NCBI RefSeq assembly: GCF_022539665.2 | Contig: NC_081333.1 | Location: 6,324,001-6,388,000, forward strand | DNA from: Daphnia carinata | Lineage: Eukaryota | Reading direction: 5' to 3' | DNA length: 64,000 bases | Position numbers and translations under genes: made by a program | Notes under the pieces: generated by a model | What the model was told of the DNA's origin: nothing | The model's input: only the letters and a program-made list of their open reading frames with translations | Databases searched by the model: none | Part shown: one piece after another, positions 26,505 to 41,400 of the stretch | Layout: the number at the start of each line of letters is the position of its first letter | Position numbering within the stretch: the stretch's first letter is position 1

Positions 26505-29485
26505 AACTTTTGTAATTTCAAACGCTTTCCATTTTTTTTCCCTTTTGAGCAAATGTGGAAGAAGTTTTCATTTGCATTACAAATCGTCATTGTCTTAGAT
26601 GTTTTTCGCCACCTTTAGCAGTCATTGAAACGCCTTAGTTCTGTGTACAATACTTTAAAGTTAACCGATGAACGACAGTTTAAGCATTCGTGCCTATCAG
26701 ACCACTATCGTTTTTAATGGCGTTTTTTCGTAATTAATATAAATTATGTTTTCAAAAGTTTACAATGGTTGTAGAGCAGCTGCGCGAAACTCTACCTCAT
26801 CGCATCAACTGCGTGAGCGTATCCCTTTAAAGTTTACAAAACAACCCGCTAAAACAATTGAAAAAAGATGGTATCATAACAAATCAAGCAGACAACATGT
26901 ACACTACTAGTTTAGTTCCGATAGCATAATCTACTTCTAATATAGAATCCTTCTGTTAAATTGATCAACTACATTTAAGTCCAAATTAGAAACTGAGAGC
27001 TAAAAAAATTGCATTTTCAAAGCTGTTGGCATTAGCTGATGAAAACATTTTCAGGCTTTTAGTGACGTACGTAAACAAATGTACGGATTTCACAGAATTC
27101 TGATTTGAAATCAATTATTTTATTATCTATGGTTTTTATTACTTATTAATTTTTCGGACAACATACGTGATACATGTTTGGTGCAACGAAGCCGTTTTAC
27201 TCTTCGGGAAAATGCGATGGTTAAATATTTATCAGTTCAAGCACGAGAACTACGTTGGTCGCTGGCATCGATTCAGTTTGAGTAAATAGGTTATTTTAGA
27301 TTTCCATCCGTATGCCTGGCCTTTTATGCGACAGTGAAACTTTTTCTTTCCAGGTATCTTCTTATCTCTAAGCATATGGTCGCTACTTTCAGCTACGACG
27401 CAACTAGAAAATTTACACCGTCCCGATCGGCGTCCCGTAGAACAGCAATTTTTTATGCATTATTAAATAATGTTTCATTAAATTTCGGTTTCCAGGTTTG
27501 GAGTGCTAAGGAGGTTACTGCTAAACAGAGTTCGCAGTACAAAAATAACGAAAATTAAATTAATTAAGGAGGGGATAATATTTGTTACGCAGCAGCATTT
27601 AATTTAATGCATAACTAATAATTTAAGTACAATTATTTCTCAAACGCCGACCATTTGTGGAGCAGACTACGTCTGTTATACGGCCCACGGTCGCCACTAC
27701 GTAGCAGTAGTAGCCTACACACGGTACAAGTAGACTACTTCTGCCAGAGGTTTGTAGAAATTTAATCCACAAAATACAATGCAAGAACTTGCAGACTTCG
27801 ACCAAATTTGTCGAAACCAGTCGGTTGTTTAAATAAAGTTCGAAGTCAGCGAATCGACTATTATGCTGCTGAGCCTAATAATTCGAAAAGTGTGATTAAA
27901 TAATGTTCAAGACAATCCCACAAGGGCAATCCAATAAAGAATGCAGATGTCGTCCTTGATCTCGGATTTTCGGCCCGTCTTTTTCTTTTAGACAAAACTT
28001 CGTAAAGCTGTCTTTGAGCTTGAGGAAATGAAGCGATTTTAAACAACATGCATTTGAGCATTGGATCCGTTTGGTGCTTAAATTAATTTCAAAGTGGGAG
28101 TTTTTGTAACTGTATATTTTGACCATTCTAGAGAATATAATTGGCTATCGTTAGACGATGTCAAACAAATGTATCTTTGTTGTTTGTTTTTCTTTTTTGT
28201 TTTGCCTTTTTTTTTGTGTAATTTTTTGTTTAATTTTTTTTTCTCATACTTTTTTTTGCATGCGGCACTTCATTTATGTAGTCATCGAGAGATGGTGGCA
28301 TAATGAAATGTTTGACGAAACTGCATGTGAAACAAACAGAATAATAAAAATGCTAACAAATACCGGGGAATAAAGATAAACGCTAAAATGTTGCATATAT
28401 CAAGTATTGAAAAGATATATAAGGGTGAACACGAGATTAAAATAAAAAAAACGTACACCGCATGGTTTTAACGTCCTTTGAGAGGCTCATTGGCAATTGG
28501 TATGGTGAACGAACGGAGGGCTTTAAGCTCTCAAAAGAATGTCAGCACTTGATGCCTTTTGAGCTAATAGTCATTGTAAAAGAAAGCGCGTCCTGTAGCA
28601 TGCATAAAAGTTGTGAGACAAAACGGAGGACAATTGAGACAATATCATTAATTTTTAAAACATCCGTTTCAAATAGCGACATAGATGAACATTCACTCAG
28701 GTATATCCGAGACCGTGGTCGGCCAAGCAACTGGACGAAAAAGAAAAATTATAACTTGATCCGTCATACAACAATATCCGCGTGTACGCACAAATGCAAC
28801 GCGGAAGAGAGATTTCCGATGGAGAGGCATGGCATGATTGGGTTGATCTCATTGATTTGGCAACAACGATCGACATTTGGCATTGTGCATTATTTAAATA
28901 CAAATTTTACCTTCATCCAGAACTCTAAACTGTTTCCCAACGTCTCTTTTCTTTTCTTATTATTATTATTTTTTTATTATTTTTTTTATCATTTTTATTT
29001 TTTAATATTTTCATTTTATGTCAGCCGCTTGGCTAGAGGACTGGGATTAGAGTCAACAGTCTGAAGAATTGATATGAGAGAGCTATGAAGAGTGAGTGAG
29101 CTGCCGTGTTGTATGAGATCAGAGCGAGCGGTGTTGGATGATCTACACCACACAGCTCCTTGATATGCTATCGCATCCGAAACAATGGGGATAATGTAAA
29201 TGTAAAGTTCTTGTACAAATCCAGACTTTTCTGGGCATTACAGGTGCTATTCATCACGGTAAACTATTATAGCAAATCTATGCATCACTGGTTAGAGTCG
29301 GTCTTATATCCTTGAACGTCACACTGAGGAATCGAAATCAGAAGGCAAATTATCTCAGATAATGCACAATGCTAGCAATTTCGTGCTAATGATCAATCTA
29401 ATTTATATGTAGCATATATTGGATGGCGGGACGATGGCTTTAAGTCGGTCAGTATGACAATTCGAGATTTCGAGTTTTTAACTTT

Positions 29486-32400
29486 TCACGTGTCGTACAG
29501 CTCCTTGAGAGTGATGTCATACATTCCCTCTTCCGACGATGTAGTTATTTCTAATATGAACAAATCCTCGTTGCAATAATGCTTGAGCATATCATCGTCA
29601 ATTTTGGCCAAAATCCTACAATTAAATAGATATACAACATATACGTTAATAAGAACTTACTGCCATAATTACCATCGAATTTAACCATTAATTTCTATTG
29701 TGATTATTGAATGCAATCTGTTTCCGTCTATAAATTATACTATAAGGCGTGGTAAAAACGGATTGTTACCCTTTGGCATTTTTCCTGTAGAGCATGTTAA
29801 TGGTAGATGCAGATAGCTTGTATTTGCTCTCGATCTGTTCAGAAACAGAACCAAATTTTTATGCTTTTTTTTAAACGATACCGAAGTGTTGCTAATAACA
29901 CACTTAAAACTTATTCAGTTCAACGATTTTCAAAATAAAAAGTTTGTCTGGATGAATGAGACCATTATTGCGATCATTTAAGAATTTTTTCGCAATGAAG
30001 CTCACGGTTAAATTTACTATTGGATTAGAGTTTCTACACTTACGGCGTCTAGAAGTCCAAGTGATGTTGGTGGCACCAAATGAAGTGGAGTAAAGGCCAA
30101 TTCATTTTCTTGGCGCACGTATATCATAACTCGCTCGCACGGAGGAGGTGTTAATTTCCGCCTTTTGGCAGCAGGTGACGCATATAGAGTGGCAATGTTA
30201 CCAGGCCCAGCTATAGCCGGCGGTCCTATTAGGTTTGTGTGCGTGTCCAAAAATTCTTTCCTATATTGAAATGAATATTAAAATGATGGCACAAGATAAC
30301 AAGAGAAAACAACATATGAAGCAATAGGAAAAAGAGAGTGGTTTTACCTTTCGTGATCTTGGCCATAGAAACTTGGAAGTTCCATTGAAGCCCCAAGCTG
30401 TAATGGAAAATAAATTGTATTTATCGAATGGCTTGAATAAGATTACGCATTTCCATGCTAAATAGAACAGCGAGAAATGCCTACCTTCTCGTGATCATCC
30501 GGAGTAAAAAGGGTTGGCGGTTTCATCAAATCCGCCATGTGATAGAACTCGGATCGTTCAGCGTTGAGATGATAAAGTTCCTCCAGCCGTTTGTTTCTAC
30601 CGGTAACGACCATTTTTCTTTTTGCTGCACGTCTCTCTTCGTCGCGCGTCTTCCTTTCCGCTCCCTTATCCACATTACAATGATATGTTTACAAGTCCCG
30701 TTATTAATCAAATCTTAAAAGTGGAAGATAAAACTATGAATTTTTCTCAAATTATAATTGCAAATGTCTACTTCTATGACGTTTTCCGAGAATTTTGTGG
30801 CTTCTCGGGGTTTCTGAAATTGCAACGTTCTTAGGCATCCCGCTTGGGCCAAAATGAAATTAAAAGTTTCGACTTTCGTTCACGTTTGTTTGAATACGAT
30901 TACTTAGATTTATGATTTTTGCTATCCTACAAAAGATTTTATTGTTTCACATTACGTTCTTCTTTTATTCAAAAAGCGTTTGGCGATCCTTTCATGAATC
31001 ATGAAACTAAGTCGACTTTTACGCATCGATCTTCCTATACCTTATTAATTTCGGACCAAGGTCTAATCTAGAGCAAAAGTCATTAAATTCGTAGTAGGCG
31101 TGGTAACGAACGCACTCTGTACTATAATTTCATATCCACTTGACTGAACTGTCCACGGGTGCGACTCGATAAGATATAACATTTCAAGTCATCTCTCATT
31201 TTCAAGGGTTTGCCTACAGTGTTCCGCAATTTTATTTTGTATCATGAACAAATATGTATATATTGTTATACTTGAAAAAAAAAAATGAACAAATTCACCT
31301 TTGGTTTGAACACAAACCACAGGTGAAAATTTTTGCCTGTTGAAAAAGGGTGGGTTATTCTTCGGATGACGGTGCCCAGCAGATAAAAGAATCTCGAAAC
31401 GAACGCTGAATGAAGCCTGGCACGCAACCTAGCGATGATGGCCGCAGGATAAAGAGGGTGCGGTCTATCCAAGAATCCGTATTAAACGTTTCGTGTGTGT
31501 GTATGTGTGTGTATGTGTTTATGCGCGTATGTGTTAAGAAATATTATAGATGTGCAAGAAAAACGAAAACAAGCCAATTCTGTTTTGGCGAAATCTCTGA
31601 GCCTCTCGTACAGCCAATTCGATGCCGACAATATCTGTGTGACCTGATTCTTACCGGCATTAATTGCGTAGCTTCTTCAAGCGAATCAAGAAAAATTGGA
31701 ATGATTCATCCAACAACTGAATGTTTCCGTCATCCCGTGCTTCAATCTCTTATTGTTTAATCGCTGAAAGAAAGGGCAGAATCGAGTTTGACCCCCTTAT
31801 TGCTGTCAAAATCCTAATGAGCAAGGGTCCGGCCTAGCTGATTAGAACACTCGGTAAGTAAGACCCGAGCTTCTGAAGCCGTCGGGCCCATGATACAAGA
31901 TGTGGACCATCGACAAAAAGGCACACGACCGCAGGGAAAGCTATTAAGACACATAAGGGAAACGATAAATAATTCAGCCAAGTGGCTTTCATCATTATTG
32001 TTGCTTTCACAAACTATCAAAGGCAATCATCCAGTTGTGCGTGCGTTCAGCTTTTATTAATAAATTGTCGTAAGACGTCTAATGGGTGAAAGTCTCGATG
32101 ACGGAATGCAAAGCGATTGACCAACCTGATGGATACACGTTTTCGTCGTTTCGGCATTTCCGTTTCTACTCCTTCGTTTATCGACTCTTTCGAAACAATG
32201 TTTTCTCTAACGCACATTTCAGCGCTGGTTAAATAAACTAGATAATTTGTAGTGATCATAATAGAGCTTATCTTGGTTCCCGATAGCTAGTCCATCAGAC
32301 CTGCTTACAGTATCTGCGCATAGTGAGTATCCAAACGCAAAAATGTTTTGCTTCAACGGCAGTCTCCAAAACTTCGGCGTGGACAACAACCCAAAGAGAG

Positions 32401-35400
32401 GAAAAAAAGTGCATTGTAAATGTGAAACGCAGAATGGAAACTTCAGGATAAAAAAGGTGTCTGAACAACGAGATGAGGTTCAGATGGTTTTCGAGCGTGA
32501 CTTCAGATTTTCATATCATCTCATAGGAGATCCATCATGCTGGCGGGGTCAAAGATTACACGTCACTTCTCCGCCCTCCTACGGTACCGACACTTATACT
32601 ACTCTCTCTCTCTCTCTCTCTACTCTTCTCTTTTTATTTTTTTTTCTTATTCTCTCTCGCCTTCTTACTTTCTGACCCTCCCTATCTCATTTTTGCTTTC
32701 TGTCGACCATGCAGTCAATCGCGAGTGGTTTGATATTAAAAAATAAATAAAAAATTTTTAAAATGACAAAAAAAAAAATTCAAAATTTCCATGAGACGGA
32801 TTCGATTGGCTATAGAAAACATTTCTGCTTACGAGCGGGATGCCTGAAATTGAGGAACGTTTCGCAATCTCTCGCAAAGAAGCTTAGAATTCATCGTTAA
32901 TAAAACCAACGCAAATATGTCGAACTGCTATTTCAATGTGGAAACAAAGGCAATACTCAAGACAGAATGTAACGTCCACTATGCTAACGGAAATGTCACG
33001 ACGTTAAGAATCTTGGCGTAGTTTCATAAAGAAAAAAGACCATACAATTCCTTTTTGCAGAAGGTAAAAGAAAAGTCTTACCTTATCACAGAAAACTTTA
33101 ACTTGACAATAGCCGCGATGGAAGACTGGTATGGAATCTCGCGGGTCGTCGAACGTGTCAATCTGCAGATGGAGTGGTAAACCCTGGAGGACAAAACAAA
33201 AGCTTGATTATTATAGGCTAGGCCGAGTAAAAGCAAAAAATCAAAAAGGGAAAAACGTAAAGGAAAAAAATGAAAAAAAAAAGATACGATGTTAAAATAC
33301 ATGGTAGACGTTAATAATAAGGCATGGTTAGATCAGATCCCATCCATCAACTTGTGCAAGTAACTGGCAGCCCAAGGCATGAATCACACAGTGTGTGTGC
33401 ATCATTCGATTTATTCAAATGATTAAGGTCAGTGAAAATGTGTATGGATAAAGCATGGCTTGAATTTCACCATATCACTATATATAGCCATGGAGGAGCG
33501 GTGCCCAGGGTTCAATCGAATCAACATTGAATATGCGTGTCAGTTATATATGCTCTGAGCCCTGCGGACGAGAGGTAAAGACTCGCGGGTTCAATAGAGT
33601 AAAAAAAAAAAAAAAAAAAGAAAAAGAGATACATATAATACAACAGATCCACACATACACAGCAGCAGCAAAGAAAGAAAAAAAGAAAAAAAACTATGTT
33701 TTGGTATGCTTGCTTTGATGTGCTGTGCGTATGTAAAGAAAAACCTGGACAGGTGTCCGTCACAGTGGAAGAAAAAAAAAAGGAACGACTGAAAAGAGCG
33801 GAGAGAGAGATGGACGTCTGTAGCTAGCAGATTAAATCAAGGCCTGGCGTGTACAATTGCGATGCCAAGTGATGCATTTCTGGCTATCTGTTTGGAATTG
33901 GTTTCCCGCCCCGAACGAAGAAAATCTTTTCAAAGTAAACAAGCCAATGCTATGCAAACATTTTCTTGATATAGTACACGCCGTGGAAACGCCTCGTCTT
34001 TGGATAGTTTAACCAACTCTTTCGCCTTTCTAGAACTGCTCGGCTTCAACGAGTGCCCCCCCTCCTTCCCTTCCGCTACAGTGTCAAACAAAGACGGAAT
34101 GCGAGAGCGATAGAAAAATGTAACGACACTGATATGTATCGACACAAGAGGGAAAAAATTGTTTTCTTTTTTGAACACACGGTCTCTGTGTATATGAGTA
34201 GTAGCTGGCATAAGATAAAGGGTAGTATTCGGGCTCGGCCGCTCACTTATGCGGGAATAACAGCAAGAATGATGATGCCGAGCGACGGCGGCTTAGAAAT
34301 CAATCAATCCTATTGCTGCAACTCGCTACAGAGGACGTAGACATAAAGAGAGAGAGAGAGAGAGAGAAGAAAGAAGAAAGAAGAGTCCAAAGAAAGAGCA
34401 AAAGGTCTCCCTTCTTTCTCCTCTTTAAGAGATAGTTCATTTGCATAGTAAAGGAGAAAGAGAGAAAAAAACGAGCTGGAGGTAGACAGATAGGGTGAGA
34501 GAAATCGGTCCGTGAGAAAACGGCCGAGAACTCGTAGAAGAAAAGAGAAGCAAAGAGACGAGAAGAGAAAAGGTGACACAGACGTGGAGACCAGTCATGG
34601 AGGTATGGGAGGAGGGGTTGTATCGAAAAGGGGATGAACAATTGAGCATCGCTTTTTTTTTTTTTTTTAACTATGGCACAAGGTTTCGGCTAGTGGGCAC
34701 TTCTTTTGATTGGTAACTATTTCCCGGATGGTTCACTATAGCCACTACCAGGGCGTTCTTTTATCGTTCGTCTGCTGAGTAATGGAAAATAGACTGAGCA
34801 AATCGTTGTAGTCTGACCTCAAACGGCCAATACACTTTGTATTGGAAGTGATTATTTTAATTTCTTTTCTTCCTCTCTCTTTTTTTTTGAATTTTTCAAT
34901 TCCGTGGTGGACTGGACTGTTGATTAATCCAATCAAATACTAACGAGACTGTGCATTTTTTTTTTCAACAAAGGAACTCTTGGGTTTGTTCACTTCGATG
35001 GGGGATACAAAAGAAAATGAAAAAAGCACAAGGTCTTTTATTTTTTATTTATCAAAGCCCCTCGCAGCAACTAGCCAATGGAAAAAAAATGAAAAAAAAA
35101 ACCGATGGACTTTATATGTTCGAGCTAATTAGATTACTTAAAAGAAATTTCGTTGCAACCCGATTTGAAAGAAGAGAACAAAATACAATGAGAAAGACGA
35201 TCGGAAATGACAGTTGACGATAGCAAGAGATACTAAATTAAAGTAGTGGTGGTATGCAGAGCAAAGCGAAAGCTCGGGTGTAGCGTTTGTCCTGCGATCG
35301 AATCCTAATTCTCGATTTGCATATGAAAGAAGCGACCAGACCGTATGTACCCTTTCGCTTTTGAGGCCAAAAGATGGGGCGGTATAGCGCTGGGAAGGAA

Positions 35401-38400
35401 GAAAGAAAGGGTTGAACGGAACGCAAATCGACCTGATCTCATTCACAGTTCACTATGTGGCATTACTCAACGAGAAACTTCCCGTACATCGATGGACGGT
35501 GAAAAGTATTGCACAGTAGGCCCTCAATGTCCAACCTCTACGTCTGCTTTCCCATAGCATAGGTGGTAGTATGAATTCAATAACGTTTCAGCTATACACA
35601 CACATACATGATTTCTTTATTCCGAGTGCCTGTTCGCTCTCCCCAACAAATCCCTTCCAATAATATAGAGGAATTTAAAAGGAAAAAAAAGGAGCTGTTA
35701 TTCTCCATTACCTTTACTCCTTTCTGGCTGCTGAAGTCCGTACTCAGGCACTGGACGGCTACGTTGATCTAAACAAAATGCACAAGGACAGAAGGCAAAA
35801 AAAGAAAATCAATTATGAGATTCTGGCGACGTTATTGTCAATTCTTAACTGATTAACACCGAAAAGCCAGCTTCGTTCCATTTCCATAATCTCAACTGAA
35901 TGTCTCACTTTGTAACCTGGCCTGCCCTAGTTTCCCTTTTGTTCCCATGGACACCATGCAGCCATGTGAATTAGATTTGTGCGTTATACGCTGATCCTGA
36001 TATGAAAGCGCATAATACCAAACGTATATAACGTTGGTATTCGACCAATGTCAGAAAGCTGGCGACTTGTGTGACGTTTGCTCAGACTACACGTGAAACC
36101 TTTCCGAAGACATCCAACACTAATTTCAACTAGAGCAACGCCAACGGATTTCTAAGCGTACATTCCAAGTGCAGTAGTACTAGTTTTCAAAAAATGAAAC
36201 TCTTGTTCTTTTTTGTTTACATTTTTTTTGTTAGTTATTTTCCTTGCATTGTAGATGACTCGTTGTTGTTTCGGATCGGCTGGCGCAATTTCTGACGATG
36301 TCAAAATGACAAAGATATCGATGAGAGAAGAATGGAATGATTACCTTTGCTGAACTTTCCAGCGGATTCCAGTAGATACATATAGCGTTGTGAGCTACCT
36401 CTTCGATGCAACCAATGAGGCCCGAGCTGTTCTTCGTATCTGGAGATGACACAAATTTAAATAAAAATATATTAGTTCACGTTAATTGCGTAACACTGCA
36501 GGGTTTCAAACTGCTATATCAGACAACGATAATATCGTAGTGATGAAAACAAAAATTCAAATCTGACCGCGTATTCAGGAAGCTGGGTATACAGTTTTCT
36601 CAAATGGTCTTGATATTCAAATACCAGCTACTGCTGATATTTGCAATAATAATATTCAAATGTAATGAATTTATTTATTCACCGCCGTCCTTCGCGCCTA
36701 AGGCATTCCTAACCTATAGGTCGGAGCAAGTTTTTCTAGCGCTATTTAGGTTGTAAAGGAAGTCTATGTGTCAATGGAAACTGTTTAAAATAAAAAACTA
36801 CAAGCTCGTAAACGATAGCCACTTGTCCCCCTCCCTTCTTTCTCGTCTCTAACCGCTTTTTACAACTCAGTTTCTCTTGCGTATTTATTATTTTTTGCCC
36901 TGCCGTAAAAGTGCACGTATGCGAAAGGGCTGAAAATACTCCAAGACGAAAAAAATTGAGGGTATACCATTTTTTTTTTTTTTAATTCTGTTGTTGCGTT
37001 ATATTCTGCCACTAGTAATGAGAAACGAAAAAAAGACCATCACGCAATTGGCGATTCGATCAAATTTCAAAACGATTCGAGTGGCCGATCGATAGGAGCA
37101 ATTCAACGTCGACCGTTTGCCGCACTATTTTTGCACGCCGCGAGAAATCTATAAGGAACTATAGCCACTGAAAGGGGGGGGGGGAGGAGAGAAAGGGTTA
37201 TAAAGAGGTCCGAATGAAACAGCCAGTTTACTACACAAAGAGGGCTGAGGAAGAAAGCATAGCGAAATTGTAGGACCAGGTCACAAAAGGCCCATTTTTT
37301 TTTTTTAAGCGGCTCTCCCTTTTTTTTTGTTTGATGGTCGCATACACGTACGCTCGGGAAAAAATAAGTTAGTTACCAGATACCAAAAAGGATTGGCGGG
37401 GTAGGAAGAGGGTTGATGGAGAGGGTTGCCGAGGTAAAGGTGGTGAGCAGAGAGGAATGAAGAAGAGCCGCGCGGCTTTTCTTTTTTTGTGTAGCAACAT
37501 GATGCCCGTGAAAACTCTAACAGAAAAGGGTCACACAGCGTGAGCCTTCTTCTCTCTGTCTGCTCCCCCCCCCTCTTCCCCTGATCTCTCCCCCTCGACC
37601 GAATCATAGTCTTTCCGCAACGTTTCCTTAGAGGAAATATAATTCAGGTGTACGTGTGCAACGGAGCATCGGGGCTAGCTGCCATCCACCCTTTTTCTTT
37701 TCGTGACCATCCTTTCGTCTTAATGTACTTTTTGTTTGTTTTTTTCCGCAGCTCCCAACTGCTACACTTATCAACATGACGCAAGAGGTCACGCGTGGAC
37801 GAAATCCAACTGTTTGCATTCGCCTTATACGTCGTTAACACGACAGTTCCAACGTCTCTGTTCAGAGACCTGGCTATCAAAGAGGCAACTAGCCAACGAC
37901 CATGTAAAGCAGCTAGCAGACTCAACAAAGAAATCAAACATCAAAAGCAAAACAAAAACAAAACAAAGCGAAGAGTTTTGGAGACGTAGACAAATGCGTG
38001 TAGTCCCGTGACCGTTGGCTTCCACCGTCCAATCTCCAGTCCACTTTCTACCTGTTGGTGGAGCTGGTTTTTTTGGAGCAGATGTCACATCGAGATTATT
38101 GCTTTTGATTTCTTATTTCTTTTGTCTCGTCCAACCCGAACTTGCGATAGACATGCAAAGAGCCAGCCCTTCGTTGTTGTTTTCTTTTTTTTCGTTTTTT
38201 TTTTGACATTAGCTATTCAGTTATACGCAGCCAACATTTCAAGATTCCCCCCCAAAAAAGGGTAGATACATAACAGGAGCACGGTTTACTGGGCTTGACG
38301 CGTTAGCTAGATCAACCTGATTTCCCCCTTCCTCATTTTTCCCATTCTCCTGCCCATCAGTCATTGGCTCTCTCGTTCTTTTTCTCGTCAAACTGTTCGT

Positions 38401-41400
38401 GTCTCTTTTATTTCACTCGATTCTCATTCGACCAGCGGTTGACGTCTTCCGCACGGTGACATTTCACGGTCTTGCCAGTATCGCTTCTCTGGCTTTCAGA
38501 AACGAAATCAACAAAGACAGCGTAGCCAAGCAGTCTTAACTTAAAAAAAAAATAATAATAAATAAAATTTAAAAAAAAACAGAAAAAAATAAAGGAAACA
38601 GACAGTGGTAACAATGTCCATCGTTCATGTTTGCTTTTTTTCCTGCGAATTAAAATATTTTCTCACTCCTTTGAAAGATACATTTGCATACCGGTATTTA
38701 TAACGAAAAAAAAAAAATCTACAGTTGAAAAATCCAGCAAACCAGAAAGAAAACGTCGAAAATCACCTAAGTTACCCGCTTCTATTTTGTCTTCTCCCGT
38801 CTTTTCCTTTACGTTCAAAACAAGATTCGTTGATAAGTGACGAAGGGAGTATTAACTATTTGAACCATCTGCCATGCTTGTTAGAGCTGTTTGCTTAGAT
38901 TTTTTTTTTCCCCGAGATGTCAAACTCGGCGACATATCGTTGATCGGTTGAGACCGGCAAACATTACATCAACTTTCACGACGGGCTTTTCATGTACGAC
39001 CATCAGTTTTGTGTTGTTTCTTTATATCTAACCAGGCGTCTCACATATTGTTTTTTTTTCTCTTAAAGCAAAGAAGAGAACTAGCAACTAGAAAGCTACA
39101 TTGCTTTGATTAACATTCCTACCTGCGTCGAGTATTCGTTGTTTGGCGCTATGTTGTCGTCCGTGCCAAAACTGCCAGGCCTTGGCTTCGTCCTCTGTGC
39201 TCTTCTCTTCTCGGAACACCAGCATCACCATCGTCTACGCGCATTCAAGTCACGCCCGAAATCCGAAAAAAGATCAAAGAAACAAAACGATAATAAATAA
39301 GATTTACATAATGACTATCGAGAAAATTAAAACAGCACAGGAGCGAAATTATAACAATCATGTGTCGACAAAAGAACAAACAAACAAAAAAAAATATATA
39401 AGAAGAATGGCACACCCACGTCCAATTGAACAGGTGACATCGTAAGGGCGGAATGGGATAATAAAAAGAAAATAAACCTAAATGGTAACCAGGTGTTTTC
39501 GGTGTCGTAAACCTGCAATTTACTGGCTATCTCTCTGTCCCAAGTAGGAGGTTCTAACACTTTGGCTGCTTTCGGGAACGTTTTATTTTTCTTTGTGCTT
39601 TTTTCTTTGTAAGATTTCTGGCTCGTGTTGCTGTTTCATAACAACCGTGACGGCTCTACTTTTTATCTAATTTTTATAGTTGCTATTATTGCCTTTCGTA
39701 TTTTCTTGCCGATGTCTTGGATGTGATTTAGCTAACATTTTTTAAACAATTGGCTCGATTGTGGAACAAACAGAAATTCGAAAGTCGGTTCAAGCTTGTG
39801 CCATAGGAATGCCTCCCAGTGTGGCCTCTACGTATAATCCGAAACATTTCATCGTTTCACTGTTCCATTTCTTCAAAGTATAATGCGGGTTTCATCGTTA
39901 CCGTTCAGTATGATTAGCTACTCTTTGGACAGAACTACAACGCCCTCCCTCTCGGAAATTCATCTGCGACGTGTGCGTGGTTGCCTGCGTCGAAGTCGCG
40001 GGACTGATTTCAATGCAAACTAGGTCATGATTTTTGACAAGCTAATGAACTGTCAAGGAAAAAGATGAACGATGGATAGCTCAAGAATAATTAGTCGTTC
40101 TAATTTCGAAAGATCTCAAATTGAAGTTTAGACAAAGAAAAAAAAAAAAGATAAAGAGGAAAAAAAAAAGAAAATGCTGACTGAAGTTCAGTGTACCTTG
40201 ACGGTTTGGTTTTTCAATGGTCGTTCAGGATCAGGGACATATTCTAGGGTTATCCCGTAAAACTGGCCTTTATTAATGTAGGTGATGCGGTCATCTTCTC
40301 GCCGCTGTGAAGTCGAAATCGGAGACTCAAGGTAATATCGGAATCCATACTGGTTAAACCTGTTAAACAATACAGAAATTGAATGTTGCGCAGTTGAATT
40401 ACTCGGTAAGCACGTCGTAAAGCCGTTTAACACGCAAAAAATACAAACAATCAATGAAACTGGTATACAAAAAAAAAAAAATAATAAAACTGGATTCCGC
40501 CACTATCCATGCCCTAGTAAGAAATTGTTTTGCAACCAAAAACAAACGAATGATGTAGGATTCCCACTACTTTCAGTTTGTAGGCCAAGTGAGAAATACT
40601 ACTTAAAAATGATTCAAGTTGAAAACTCAAACGCTAAGTCTGTGCCATGAATTTATCAAAAGCCCTGCTGCTTGCTATTATTAGGAGTTGAACAGTATAA
40701 CCAGACATTAAGCACATCTATGATGCGCTTTTGAAAAACTGGACTGGACTGGCAAGTTATTATACGGAAATCCGCGATGCTGCTACGTTAATTTACTCGA
40801 AAAGCTCTCTGGGCAATCAAAAACACATATATGAGAATCACTTGCTTTCGGCATTATTTCGGGTCTACTTGTCGCCTTTGGGAAGGTATACTAGTTATTA
40901 AGGAAAATAGATCGACCCGATCGGAGAATACTTTTTTCCGATTTGGCTCGATTTCTTCGAATGGAAACTAACAACAAGAAACAAGCTCGCTCGTTTTTAA
41001 TGTTCATCAGTGATTTCCGCAGGTAACAAACTGACGATCGTTTCAAAATTCGGGGGCTTTTCTAGGCGTGATTTGTGTATCGCGTAACAACAGAAAGGAG
41101 TAAACTTGAATAGAGTGCAATCGAAGAAATATAAGGCAACGAACTCATGCGCGGTAGAAGATTCGTAACGTGAAACGCGATTGTTTCAAAGACTTACACT
41201 TTTGGAATCTGAATTTTGTCGACTTCGCTTTGGCGGTTGCAATCGTGCCAAGAGCGGGAACGTGATGAATTCAGATGGCCACTACCAGGTGACATGCTCG
41301 ATTTGGAGTGTTCACCGCCAGAAGTTGGAGTTCGGCTGCCTTCGTCGCTGCCACCATGGGCACTGCTATTATGATGCTGTTGCTCTGATGATTGATGTTC

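Noticed and set aside
28462..29064. 200-aa plus-strand ORF
   Set aside because: Antisense to the probable grh 3' UTR, has a low-complexity Phe/Leu tail from T-runs, and shows no recognisable domain.
29393..29488. Stop-codon readthrough of grh (30 open codons after the TGA)
   Set aside because: TGA-A context and an unremarkable extension; this needs conservation data that I lack.
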